DNA from: Thermoplasmatota archaeon
GTDB lineage: Archaea > Thermoplasmatota > E2 > DHVEG-1
Length of the DNA stretch: 42,623 bases
Assembly (NCBI GenBank): GCA_035562195.1
Contig: DATMWV010000291.1
Span: 1 to 42,623, forward strand
Reading direction: 5' to 3'
The notes beneath the pieces were generated by a model. The model was not told the DNA's origin. It saw only the letters and a program-made list of their open reading frames with translations, and did no database searches. Positions 1 to 7,788 of this stretch are shown here, piece after piece. Within the stretch, counting starts at the first letter, position 1. Every line of letters starts with the position of its first letter. The position numbers were made by a program, and so were the translations under genes.

Positions 1-195
1 CATTGGAGACTGGGAATCCAAACTTGAGGAGTTTGCCAAGAAACTATAAAATATATATTTTTGTATATCTACCAATAGGTTTGTATCTAACTTTGTTGTC
101 AAATCGCCGCCGAATACGTACTATTACTCTTATGACCAATCGTCTTTTCGTCGCTTAATATTTAAAATAGGATGAAAAGTAGTTTATCGGTTGGC

Positions 196-666
196 TTAAT
201 CAGCAGCTGTACCTGTCTTTTTTTTCTCATGGGGAAGAAACGATGAATTTTCTTTTCGGTACACTCTCCATTCGAATGTATAATACAGAATATTGAGTGC
301 AGCGACACTTACGATAAGCATGACGTATTTATCCATATGAAGTGAGAATTCATACTCATTCCAAAATGTCGTCATCACCAGGCCACCACCAAGCAAACCA
401 AACACCCAGATCATCGTCATAATGGTAAAACCAATATTGAGAAGAAATCGTTTCATCTCACCTTTTTTATAATAGGAACCAAGCTGGGCAAGAAGAACAA
501 TGACGAGTGCTGATGGAATAACCCAGTAGATACGCATATACACCCGGTCTGAGGGAAGCTCTGGATATTCCTGGAGGACTAGAAGAAGAGAACAGACTGG
601 AATGAGGAAGTACAAACAGAAAGCAAGCCAGGCTTTTGGTGTGACGTAATGGTTCTTATGCGACAT
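196..666 (-). CDS. hypothetical polytopic membrane protein (about 4 TM segments)
   Basis: 156-aa ORF with four helix-length hydrophobic segments (AWLAFCLYFLIPVCSLLLVL, VIPSALVIVLLAQLG, IGFTIMTMIWVFGLLGGGLVM, YVMLIVSVAALNILYY). Its start overlaps the stop of the upstream same-strand ORF 656..1483 by 11 nt. No family recognised. Confidence 0.6.
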   Translation of the reverse strand: MSHKNHYVTPKAWLAFCLYFLIPVCSLLLVLQEYPELPSDRVYMRIYWVIPSALVIVLLAQLGSYYKKGEMKRFLLNIGFTIMTMIWVFGLLGGGLVMTTFWNEYEFSLHMDKYVMLIVSVAALNILYYTFEWRVYRKENSSFLPHEKKKTGTAAD

Positions 667-1483
667 ATTCTATCCCGACCTCCTGGATGCGAAACACAGG
701 ATTGTTTCCGTCAAAACCGACGAGAAACGAAACAGTGAATTCAAAGGCACCACTGACGATCAAGAGTGGTGTGATGATCTGGCAGGTGATGTTTTTTAGC
801 GTCTCCGAATATGTTGTGATGGTCAGGTTAAATACGAAGCCGTTTCCCGATGAATAATAAAACTCTGGGATGGAAAACAATGAAAAAATATCTGATACGG
901 TCGTTATTGACTTATTCTGAGTGATGTTGAAGAGAGTGCAAAGACCTTGTATTCCTGTCTGGATCGTTCTATTATCAGAGAGATTCAGAGGCGGTTGAGA
1001 CCAGGGGATATCGATTGCTTCATTGGCGGTGAACTCAACCAACCCGAACATGTACAGTGCGTCGATATCAAGGAGCAACTGCAAAGTCGTGTTTTTATAA
1101 ATCAGACTGAACCAATCAAAAAAAGAGATGGTGTCAAGATCAATAGGTATCAGCAAATCAAAGGTGGTATTGGTTCCTCGCAGCACCACCAAATCTTGCT
1201 TTTCATAAGAGATGAGTGGTGTGTGGTCCTTTTTTACTAACTGAGCAGAGATATCGATATCACGGATATCATAAACACCTTGATTATTCACAGAAAATGA
1301 GGTGCGAAACAGGATTTCCTTTTGCAACGGGTCTATCGACCATTCAATTTCCTCTTCTGTAGGAAGTGTTACAGAAATACCTTTCGTTGCAATAGTAAAA
1401 AGATTACCGATGGTAAGTGAAGCAATCAGACCAGCCATGATAAGGGCAACGACTCTCAAATAGGTGAGTTGTTGCCGGTTCAT
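656..1483 (-). CDS. hypothetical N-terminally anchored extracytoplasmic protein, sequon-rich
   Basis: 275-aa ORF with purine-rich GGAGAGGGCGAGGAG directly upstream of the ATG. It has an N-terminal TM anchor (YLRVVALIMAGLIASLTIGNLF), then a beta-rich region with at least 8 N-X-S/T sequons (NTT, NTT, NLS, NRT, NIT, NKS, NLT, NIT). No family recognised. Confidence 0.65.
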   Translation of the reverse strand: MNRQQLTYLRVVALIMAGLIASLTIGNLFTIATKGISVTLPTEEEIEWSIDPLQKEILFRTSFSVNNQGVYDIRDIDISAQLVKKDHTPLISYEKQDLVVLRGTNTTFDLLIPIDLDTISFFDWFSLIYKNTTLQLLLDIDALYMFGLVEFTANEAIDIPWSQPPLNLSDNRTIQTGIQGLCTLFNITQNKSITTVSDIFSLFSIPEFYYSSGNGFVFNLTITTYSETLKNITCQIITPLLIVSGAFEFTVSFLVGFDGNNPVFRIQEVGIEYVA

Positions 1484-1809
1484 TACTCCTCGCCCTCTCC
1501 AGTGGTTTGAATATTTTTGTTAAAGGTTCCGTTCAGGTCTTGCGTTGTCGTAAGGTCATTGAGGGTATCGGTACAGCTTCTTTTCTTGTGTTTTTGCAGG
1601 AAGAAGACATTTGAAAGAACAATGAGAAATACCCAGGAGGTGCAGCTTCTGTTTTTGCTTAGGGAAAAAACAGATCTCGCGTGATTCAGGATTTTCACCA
1701 AGGACACATACCTCCCTATTAATTCTATGATACTGTTTGTCATTGCTTCTATTAAGATGTGTCGAGGTATCTTTACAAAATGATAAAATGCCGTAGATAT
1801 AAAAATCAT
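1483..1809 (-). CDS. possible small hypothetical protein (weak call)
   Basis: 108-aa ORF whose TAA stop overlaps the ATG of the next gene (TAATG), with one hydrophobic segment (SWVFLIVLSNVFFL). No SD-like element before either candidate start. It competes with ORF 1556..1855 in another frame, so the region may be non-coding. Confidence 0.25.
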   Translation of the reverse strand: MIFISTAFYHFVKIPRHILIEAMTNSIIELIGRYVSLVKILNHARSVFSLSKNRSCTSWVFLIVLSNVFFLQKHKKRSCTDTLNDLTTTQDLNGTFNKNIQTTGEGEE

Positions 1810-1996
1810 GATGTGGGTTTTTTTTGAAAAAAAGTCTTTGTTGAATTTTATTCATTCTATAATAATGGGAAAAGCCTGAAATCGATTTCTAAATCATATG
1901 ATGATTTTGCCTAAGAAATAAATCAAATCAAAGGTGGTTCATTAACAATCCTTAAATATAATTCATCGGTTCTTCATCCTCAAAACGGGGGAGACT

Positions 1997-3454
1997 ATGA
2001 GTGGGCTATTTGGTGTCGTGAGCAACAACAACTGTATATCAAGTTTGTATTATGGAACCGATTACCATACTCATTTGGGGACCGAGTATGGTGGTATTGC
2101 GTTTATCGAAAAAAATGGAATGCCGGTCAAAAAGATCCATGATATAAAAAATTCACAGTTCAAGTCGAAGTTCTATGAAGGATCTGATAAAATTAAAAGT
2201 CATTTGGGGATAGGAGTCATATCTGATAGAGATCCTCAGCCGTTAACGTTTGAAAGTAAATTCGGCGCATTTGCTATCTGCTGCGTAGGTCTAGTTGCCA
2301 ATAAAGAAAATCTGGCTAACGAGCTAATTGAAAAAGGGGTGACCTTCAGTGAAATCGACCGTGGTGAAATCAACACAACTGAGCTGGTCGCTCATTTAAT
2401 TAATGAAGGAAAAAGCATCTCGTATGGGATCGGACGGATGTATGATAAAATCATCGGGTCGATTTCTTTGTTGCTTTTAACGAAGAAAGGGATCTATTGT
2501 GCTCGGGACCGTAATGGGGTGACACCTCTCACAATTGGGCAGAAAGTAGGCGAAGTTGCAGTCGCCAGTGAAACCTGCGCGTTTCCCAACCTAGGATTTG
2601 CTGTTAAAAAATATATGACGCCCGGGGAAATCGTCTTCATCAGTAAAAATGGAATTGAAGAAAAGAAAAAGGGACGCCCTCTGAGTAAAATTTGTGCGTT
2701 CCTTTGGGTATACACCGGTTTTCCAGCATCTTCTTATGAAGGAATTAATGTTGAAAAAGTCCGGGAAAACTGTGGGATGTTTTTAGCAAAACGGGATTCT
2801 GTGAAAGCAGATCTTGTTTCAGGGGTTCCAGACTCGGGGGTCGCCCATGCAGTCGGGTATGCCATCGAATCAGGGATTCCCTACCGCCGGGTGCTTATCA
2901 AATACACACCAGGATATGGTCGGAGTTACACGCCACTTACCCAGGAATTACGAGATCGTATCGCGTTGATGAAGTTAATCGCAAACGATGCGATTGCACA
3001 GGGGAATAAGATCGTGCTCTGTGAGGATTCTATCGTCCGGGGGACCCAGTTGAAGAATTATACGGTTACTAAGCTTATGCAGGCTGGTGCAAAAGAAGTC
3101 CATGTGCGACCAGCCTGTCCTCCACTGATGTTTCCCTGCGTCTACAACTTATCTACCCGATCCATCCAAGAGTTGGTCGCCCGGAGAGCTATTCGGGCTC
3201 TTGAGGGAAAAGATATCGAGGATGTCTCGGAGTATATCGACTCATCCTCTGAGAAATATAAAAAGATGGTAGACTGGATCGCTAAAGACCTTGGTGTCAC
3301 CTCCTTGCAATATCAACTGTTAGACGATATGATTAAAGCAATCGGACTACCGAAGGAACGCTTATGCCTGTATTGTTGGATCGGCAGAGGAGTACAAAAA
3401 AACCTGCAGTCGTATCAAGACGCAAAAAATCAAGAGATCCTTTCTTGTCAGTAA
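1997..3454 (+). CDS. amidophosphoribosyltransferase (PurF)-like protein, Fe-S type, with non-canonical N-terminus
   Basis: 485 aa with a GGGGGAG SD upstream of the ATG. PurF-like N-terminal Ntn fold (MSGLFGVVS...LYYG), PRTase motif KIVLCEDSIVRGTQL, and Cys positions resembling the B. subtilis-type PurF [4Fe-4S] ligands (ICAFLWVY, FPCVYN, LCLYCW). Residue 2 is Ser where PurF has the nucleophile Cys. Confidence 0.8.
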   Translation: MSGLFGVVSNNNCISSLYYGTDYHTHLGTEYGGIAFIEKNGMPVKKIHDIKNSQFKSKFYEGSDKIKSHLGIGVISDRDPQPLTFESKFGAFAICCVGLVANKENLANELIEKGVTFSEIDRGEINTTELVAHLINEGKSISYGIGRMYDKIIGSISLLLLTKKGIYCARDRNGVTPLTIGQKVGEVAVASETCAFPNLGFAVKKYMTPGEIVFISKNGIEEKKKGRPLSKICAFLWVYTGFPASSYEGINVEKVRENCGMFLAKRDSVKADLVSGVPDSGVAHAVGYAIESGIPYRRVLIKYTPGYGRSYTPLTQELRDRIALMKLIANDAIAQGNKIVLCEDSIVRGTQLKNYTVTKLMQAGAKEVHVRPACPPLMFPCVYNLSTRSIQELVARRAIRALEGKDIEDVSEYIDSSSEKYKKMVDWIAKDLGVTSLQYQLLDDMIKAIGLPKERLCLYCWIGRGVQKNLQSYQDAKNQEILSCQ

Positions 3455-3690
3455 TCTTCCATCGGTGTTTTATAATAAGAAGAAAAGAAGAGAGATGGTA
3501 GTTTCCTTTATCGTTACCTTAGTTGATTTGATTTCAGGTTCAGATTCTACTTTTAGCAAGCAGAGATTGGAAGCTTTGTCTATGAATTCTATTTCAACGG
3601 TTGCCATTGGTCCTTAGAAGAAACTTTAATAATAATCCATGTCGTTTCAGGGAAAAAGAAACAATTCAAGGAAACATCTGAATAGGAGCA

Positions 3691-4464
3691 GTGATGGGAA
3701 ACAAAATAGGATATTGTCGTGTACTATTTCCTGTAGCCTTGCTCAGTTTTCTAGCAGTATTGTCAGCACCATCTCTTCAAGCGGTGGACTATTATGCGGA
3801 CCTTACCATCACCGTCGATCTCTCTGGTTTTGTCACCATCGATGGACTCACCAATTATCCAAATCTCACCATACAGAACACCGAGCAATATACATCGAAA
3901 CAACAGAGTTATTGGCTCTTAAATATCACAAAACAGGAGACATTCTCAGAGTTCGTCTATGACCTTACCCTGCCAAAAGGATCCTCGATTAGCTACATTC
4001 GATCATCTGGGTCCCTCCGCATTGAGGAAAACCTCGGCAGCCTCATCATCAGAGGATTTGGGGAAAACGAATCGTTCTCTCTCCTCATTCAGTATCAAAT
4101 AGAAAAACAAGGTGACTCGATATTGCAGGACAATATCGTCTATGTCATCTTGCTTCCCGCGATACTCCTTGTTACCCTTCTTATCTTATTTTTTTACCTC
4201 AAAGAGAAAAAAACCAAGGACCTACCGCCTGTAATGGATAGAAATGAACCTCTTGGAGAGTTGAAAGGCTTAAATCACCGACAGAACCAAATCATACAGC
4301 TTCTGCATGCAAGAAACATCCCGATGACACAAACCGACATCCAAAAAGAACTCCAGATCCCTAAAGCATCCGTCTCCAGGAATATCCACGGATTAGAACG
4401 GAAAGGTCTGATTGAGAAAGAACAGATAGGGATGTCAAATCTCATTCGACTGAAAAAACAATAG
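3691..4464 (+). CDS. membrane-tethered winged-helix (MarR/TrmB-like) transcriptional regulator with extracytoplasmic N-terminal domain
   Basis: 257 aa. AGGAG SD at 3684-3688, GTG at 3691 and ATG at 3694. Signal-like N-terminus (VLFPVALLSFLAVLSAPSLQA), a beta-rich domain of roughly 140 aa, one TM (VILLPAILLVTLLILFFYL), then a wHTH (LNHRQNQIIQLLHARNIPMTQTDIQKELQIPKASVSRNIHGLERKGLIEKE). Confidence 0.7.
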   Translation: MMGNKIGYCRVLFPVALLSFLAVLSAPSLQAVDYYADLTITVDLSGFVTIDGLTNYPNLTIQNTEQYTSKQQSYWLLNITKQETFSEFVYDLTLPKGSSISYIRSSGSLRIEENLGSLIIRGFGENESFSLLIQYQIEKQGDSILQDNIVYVILLPAILLVTLLILFFYLKEKKTKDLPPVMDRNEPLGELKGLNHRQNQIIQLLHARNIPMTQTDIQKELQIPKASVSRNIHGLERKGLIEKEQIGMSNLIRLKKQ

Positions 4465-4581
4465 GGTTTTCTGTAAATGTCTCGGGTTGTTCCGCTTTGT
4501 TCCGGTGAAATTAGATAAGCTGTTTCATCCAATATATACCTACGAGCCATGCAGAAATGGCATATAAAAGGTGTAAATCAC

Positions 4582-5415
4582 ATGAAAAAAATAACCAATC
4601 TCTTACTGGTGCTGATGATGATGGGATCTATCGTCTCGTTGGCATTCGCAGTTGAGGCAGATGAAGGCAACCAAGGCAACCCTGTAGATGATGAATCAAA
4701 TAATCAAGCCAACCAAACAGGTTACCCCAAGAAACATCATTTTGATAACGAGACAGAACGTGAAGTAGGAATCATGAACAACTCACTTGGCGCTCGTATC
4801 AGACTGCTCCAATTGGAAAAAGCACTTCTGACAAACATACTCAAAGGAGTCATGACAGTCCAGGTTCTCAAAGGACTTAATGTGACGACCTCAGAACTTG
4901 AAGAAATCCTTGAGAATCTCAGCGATGTCCTGGATGCAGTACGAGCAGTTGACCCTACCGCAAACGACTCGGTGCTGGTCTTTGTCCAGTTGAAAAATGA
5001 CTCAAGAAATCTCACGAAACAATTCCGAGATTCGCTGCGATCATTACTCGATAATGAGACTATCGCGATGATAAAGGAGCAACTCAAAAATATGACCAGT
5101 GACGAGCTTCAGAATTGCAGTATGAGACTGAGACATTGGATTAGACAGTTCAACCACAACCAGCTCTACCGACTCTACGGTATCATCGGAGAGACAAACA
5201 CGTCCCTTATCAACGAATATATCAACGGCAATATCAGCTTAGATCTGGTGAAACTACAGCTTCATAAGATGGTCAATCAGATGACCAAAGAAAAACGACA
5301 CATGATTTTCTCAGAGATTAAAGAAGAGAACATCAAGAAAAAAATCCATACACAGGCGATGCTTGAAGACATGGGACGCCATGGGAAAGGAAATGGTCAT
5401 GGAAAACCCAATTAG
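4582..5415 (+). CDS. secreted alpha-helical sequon-rich protein with Gly/His-rich tail, function unknown
   Basis: Start chosen at the internal ATG at 4582 (MKKITNLLLVLMMMGSIVSLAFA signal peptide), preceded by AAAGGTG. The ORF track begins at 4549. I count 13 N-X-S/T sequons. The C-terminus reads GRHGKGNGHGKPN. No family recognised. Confidence 0.65.
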   Translation: MKKITNLLLVLMMMGSIVSLAFAVEADEGNQGNPVDDESNNQANQTGYPKKHHFDNETEREVGIMNNSLGARIRLLQLEKALLTNILKGVMTVQVLKGLNVTTSELEEILENLSDVLDAVRAVDPTANDSVLVFVQLKNDSRNLTKQFRDSLRSLLDNETIAMIKEQLKNMTSDELQNCSMRLRHWIRQFNHNQLYRLYGIIGETNTSLINEYINGNISLDLVKLQLHKMVNQMTKEKRHMIFSEIKEENIKKKIHTQAMLEDMGRHGKGNGHGKPN

Positions 5416-5441
5416 GATGACCTGATCAGGTGTGATAGAGA

Positions 5442-5648
5442 ATGAATAAGAAATTAATATCTCTCCTCTTCGTCTTAGCCCTTCTAGTCTCAGTGACCGT
5501 CTCCTATGCATATTTCAGTCAGCCATCTGCAAGCGATGATAACCAAACCGATACGGGTAGCAACATCGATGATGACACCGTTTCATCAGAGATTGATGCA
5601 ACCTTGCTTGATGAGAGCGAAGGCGTTGAAATAGGGGATATGATTTAG
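5442..5648 (+). CDS. small secreted acidic protein
   Basis: 68 aa with a signal or anchor segment (KKLISLLFVLALLVSVTVSYA) followed by a strongly acidic Asp/Glu/Ser-rich tail. It starts 26 nt after the previous gene and is followed by a hairpin plus T-run. Confidence 0.5.
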   Translation: MNKKLISLLFVLALLVSVTVSYAYFSQPSASDDNQTDTGSNIDDDTVSSEIDATLLDESEGVEIGDMI

Positions 5649-5653
5649 AACGA

Positions 5654-5688
5654 AAGGATTACCATCCTTCCTTCTCTTTTTTTTTTTT
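5654..5688. terminator. hairpin plus T12 tract between convergent genes
   Basis: AAGGAT (5654-5659), 4-nt loop, ATCCTT (5664-5669), then 12 consecutive T (5677-5688) and a second T-run (5693-5701). It lies between the 3' ends of 5442..5648 (+) and arsM (-). Confidence 0.5.
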
Positions 5689-5725
5689 AACTGTTTTTTT
5701 TGAACACCAGGTTGATTTGAGATAG

Positions 5726-6553
5726 TTACGGTTTTTTTGCCATCACTTTGATGCTGACAAAATATCCCCCAAGATTCCTGAATTCATCCTCTGTGACGCC
5801 TGTCTCTTCCAGGACCGCTTGCGTCCGAGGTTTATGAATGACGACATCGATCTGGTATGAGGATTCATCGGTTATAATGATGTCAGTGAAACCTGCATCC
5901 TTAATCAGCTTCAGGTACCGGTCTTTCATGATCGCCCCTGAGATACAGCCGACGTATGCTTCCACCGAATTTTTTATCTTTTCCGGGAGATCCTTCAACA
6001 GTACGATATCAGACACGGCAAGACGCCCTCCTGATCTGAGCACTCGAAACGTTTCTTCAAACACCTTCTTTTTATCAGGAGAAAGATTGATCACGCAGTT
6101 GGAGATGACGACATCGACAGAGGTATTTTCAACAGGGAGTTTTTCAATTTCACCGCGGCGGAACTCCACGTTGGTGTACCCTGCTTTTTTTGTGTTTTGT
6201 CTAGCTTTGCGGAGCATCTCTGGTGTCATGTCGACGCCGATGACCTTCCCTGTAGGTCCGACTTTGTTTGCTGCCAAAAAACAGTCGAATCCTGCCCCGG
6301 AGCCAAGATCAAGGACGATTTCACCTGGTTGTAATGATGCAATCGCTGTCGGATTTCCGCAGCCTAATCCAAGGTTTGCTCCATCAGGGACTGAATGTAA
6401 TTGTTCATCGGTGTACCCGATTGTTCTGCTGATATCATCTGGTGTATTTGCCTTTCCACAGCAGACCTCGATTGATCCGCAGCAGGTTGTTTCTTGTTTT
6501 GCTATTTTTGCGTATCCTTCTCGTACTTTCTTTTTTATTTGTTTCTCTTCCAT
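5726..6553 (-). CDS. arsM: arsenite S-adenosylmethionine methyltransferase
   Basis: 275 aa, collinear with characterised ArsM proteins as I recall them. Motifs present: VREGYAKIA, N-terminal Cys cluster TTCCGSIEVCCGK, GLGCGNPTA, SAM motif VLDLGSGAGFD, ISNCVINL and YVGCISGA. All conserved As(III)-binding Cys positions appear present. Confidence 0.88.
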   Translation of the reverse strand: MEEKQIKKKVREGYAKIAKQETTCCGSIEVCCGKANTPDDISRTIGYTDEQLHSVPDGANLGLGCGNPTAIASLQPGEIVLDLGSGAGFDCFLAANKVGPTGKVIGVDMTPEMLRKARQNTKKAGYTNVEFRRGEIEKLPVENTSVDVVISNCVINLSPDKKKVFEETFRVLRSGGRLAVSDIVLLKDLPEKIKNSVEAYVGCISGAIMKDRYLKLIKDAGFTDIIITDESSYQIDVVIHKPRTQAVLEETGVTEDEFRNLGGYFVSIKVMAKKP

Positions 6554-6577
6554 ACTGATTCACGCCATTTCATTTCT

Positions 6578-6853
6578 TCAGAGTATTTCTTTCATGATCG
6601 GGCCTAGGAGGCTTTTTACCATAGGTTCGATATCGCCTACTTTGATTAATGATAAGCAACAGACCTTTCCACCCTTCTCCATAGCAATCACGGCGAGTTT
6701 ATCACCAGCTTTGATGCCTGCTTTTTCTCGGAGGTCCTTTGGGAGCACCATCTGTCCTCTTTCGTCGACGCTGACGACGGATTCTACTTTGCAACACCCA
6801 AGCGATTGGTTCTTTGAAGGAGTGCAGGTTTCTTTTTTGCTTTTCTTTTGCAT
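6578..6853 (-). CDS. AbrB/MazE/SpoVT-type DNA-binding protein flanked by vicinal cysteine pairs
   Basis: Start chosen at the internal ATG at 6853 (MQKKSKKETC...). The ORF track extends to 6946. SpoVT-AbrB core VDERGQMVLPKDLREKAGIKAGDKLAV is bracketed by LGCCKVE and KVCCLSL. It sits 24 nt upstream of arsM on the same strand. Confidence 0.7.
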   Translation of the reverse strand: MQKKSKKETCTPSKNQSLGCCKVESVVSVDERGQMVLPKDLREKAGIKAGDKLAVIAMEKGGKVCCLSLIKVGDIEPMVKSLLGPIMKEIL

Positions 6854-6883
6854 ATTGGTTCCCTTGTCGTCTGCTATAGAATT

Positions 6884-6929
6884 CAGAATATTTAAATTTT
6901 TCTGATAAATCAGAATATACTGAATATTC
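6884..6929. promoter_or_regulatory. three copies of (C/T)(A/T)GAATAT in the divergent intergenic region; candidate operator with a TATA-like TTTAAAT
   Basis: CAGAATAT at 6884-6891 and 6911-6918, and CTGAATAT at 6920-6927. GAATAT (6913-6918) and ATATTC (6924-6929) form an inverted repeat. The region lies between the AbrB-like gene (-) and the methyltransferase gene (+). Confidence 0.3.
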
Positions 6930-7011
6930 ATTGGATAAACCTCCACAGCGTTTCTACCTTAAAAAACCACAACAATACATATGTAGGAGCAACCATATTT
7001 CATACTGTCCC

Positions 7012-7755
7012 ATGAACAAAGAAAACAAAACAGAATTTTCCAATGTCTACGAGGATACCAAACGAGCAGAAGCTTACTCGAAACTCAAATTCGACAAAAC
7101 CTATTACTTAGCCTACAGAGACCTTCCAACAATTATTACCAACCATGCCCAAGGGAACACCGCTCTCGATTTCGGCTGTGGCACCGGGCGGTCCACGCGA
7201 TTCCTGCAAACACTCGGATACAACACTATAGGGGTCGACATCTCAGAAGAGATGATCACCATCGCGCGACAACTCGACCCTGAAGGAGAATACCACCGAA
7301 TCGACGATGGTGACTTCAACCGATTTTCCTCCTCATCCTTCGACCTTATCCTATCAGCATTCACCTTTGATAATATCCCAACAATGGAAAAGAAAATCAG
7401 ACTGTTCAACGGTCTTTCAAAACTGACAACACAAAACGGTACGATCATAAACCTTGTCTCATCACCAGAGATATACACCCATGAATGGTCATCGTTCACA
7501 ACAAAGGATTTCCCAGAGAACGCTAAGGCAAAAAGCGGTGATATCGTCCGCATCATTACCACAGATATCATAGATAAACGCCCCTGCTATGATATCTTCT
7601 GGTCTGAGGAAGACTACGCCACCGTCTATTCGAAGGCGAGCCTGCATATACTCAAAAAGTACAAACCATTGGCAACAGGAAAAGAACCATATCAATGGAT
7701 CAATGAAACAAGGATAGCACCATGGACCATCTATGTCTTAAAAAAGAAGACGTAA
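7012..7755 (+). CDS. class I SAM-dependent methyltransferase, substrate unknown
   Basis: Start chosen at the internal ATG at 7012 (MNKENKTEF). The ORF track begins at 6931. SAM motif I is ALDFGCGTGRSTRFL, with acidic loop VGVDISEEM and post-I motif FDLILSAF. Confidence 0.75.
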   Translation: MNKENKTEFSNVYEDTKRAEAYSKLKFDKTYYLAYRDLPTIITNHAQGNTALDFGCGTGRSTRFLQTLGYNTIGVDISEEMITIARQLDPEGEYHRIDDGDFNRFSSSSFDLILSAFTFDNIPTMEKKIRLFNGLSKLTTQNGTIINLVSSPEIYTHEWSSFTTKDFPENAKAKSGDIVRIITTDIIDKRPCYDIFWSEEDYATVYSKASLHILKKYKPLATGKEPYQWINETRIAPWTIYVLKKKT

Positions 7756-7788
7756 TCCTTTTCTCCATGCCTCACAGAAATCTCTTTT

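Noticed and set aside
2-49. An open frame ending in TAA at 47..49 (…IGDWESKLEEFAKKL), possibly the 3' end of a + strand gene that begins upstream of the window.
   Set aside because: Only 15 codons are visible, which is too short to support as a feature.
1556-1855. A 99-aa minus-strand ORF upstream of the membrane-protein pair.
   Set aside because: It is very basic and low in complexity, lacks an SD, and conflicts with ORF 1483..1809. Neither ORF is convincing, and this one lacks even the stop/start coupling.
5838-6905. A 355-aa uninterrupted ORF on the + strand that spans, antisense, both arsM and the AbrB-like gene.
   Set aside because: The composition is Ser/Phe/Pro/Thr-rich and low in charged residues, typical of a shadow frame opposite real genes. 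It has no SD and no recognisable motif, whereas the minus-strand genes have strong family signatures. It is most likely a codon-bias artefact and not an overlapping gene.
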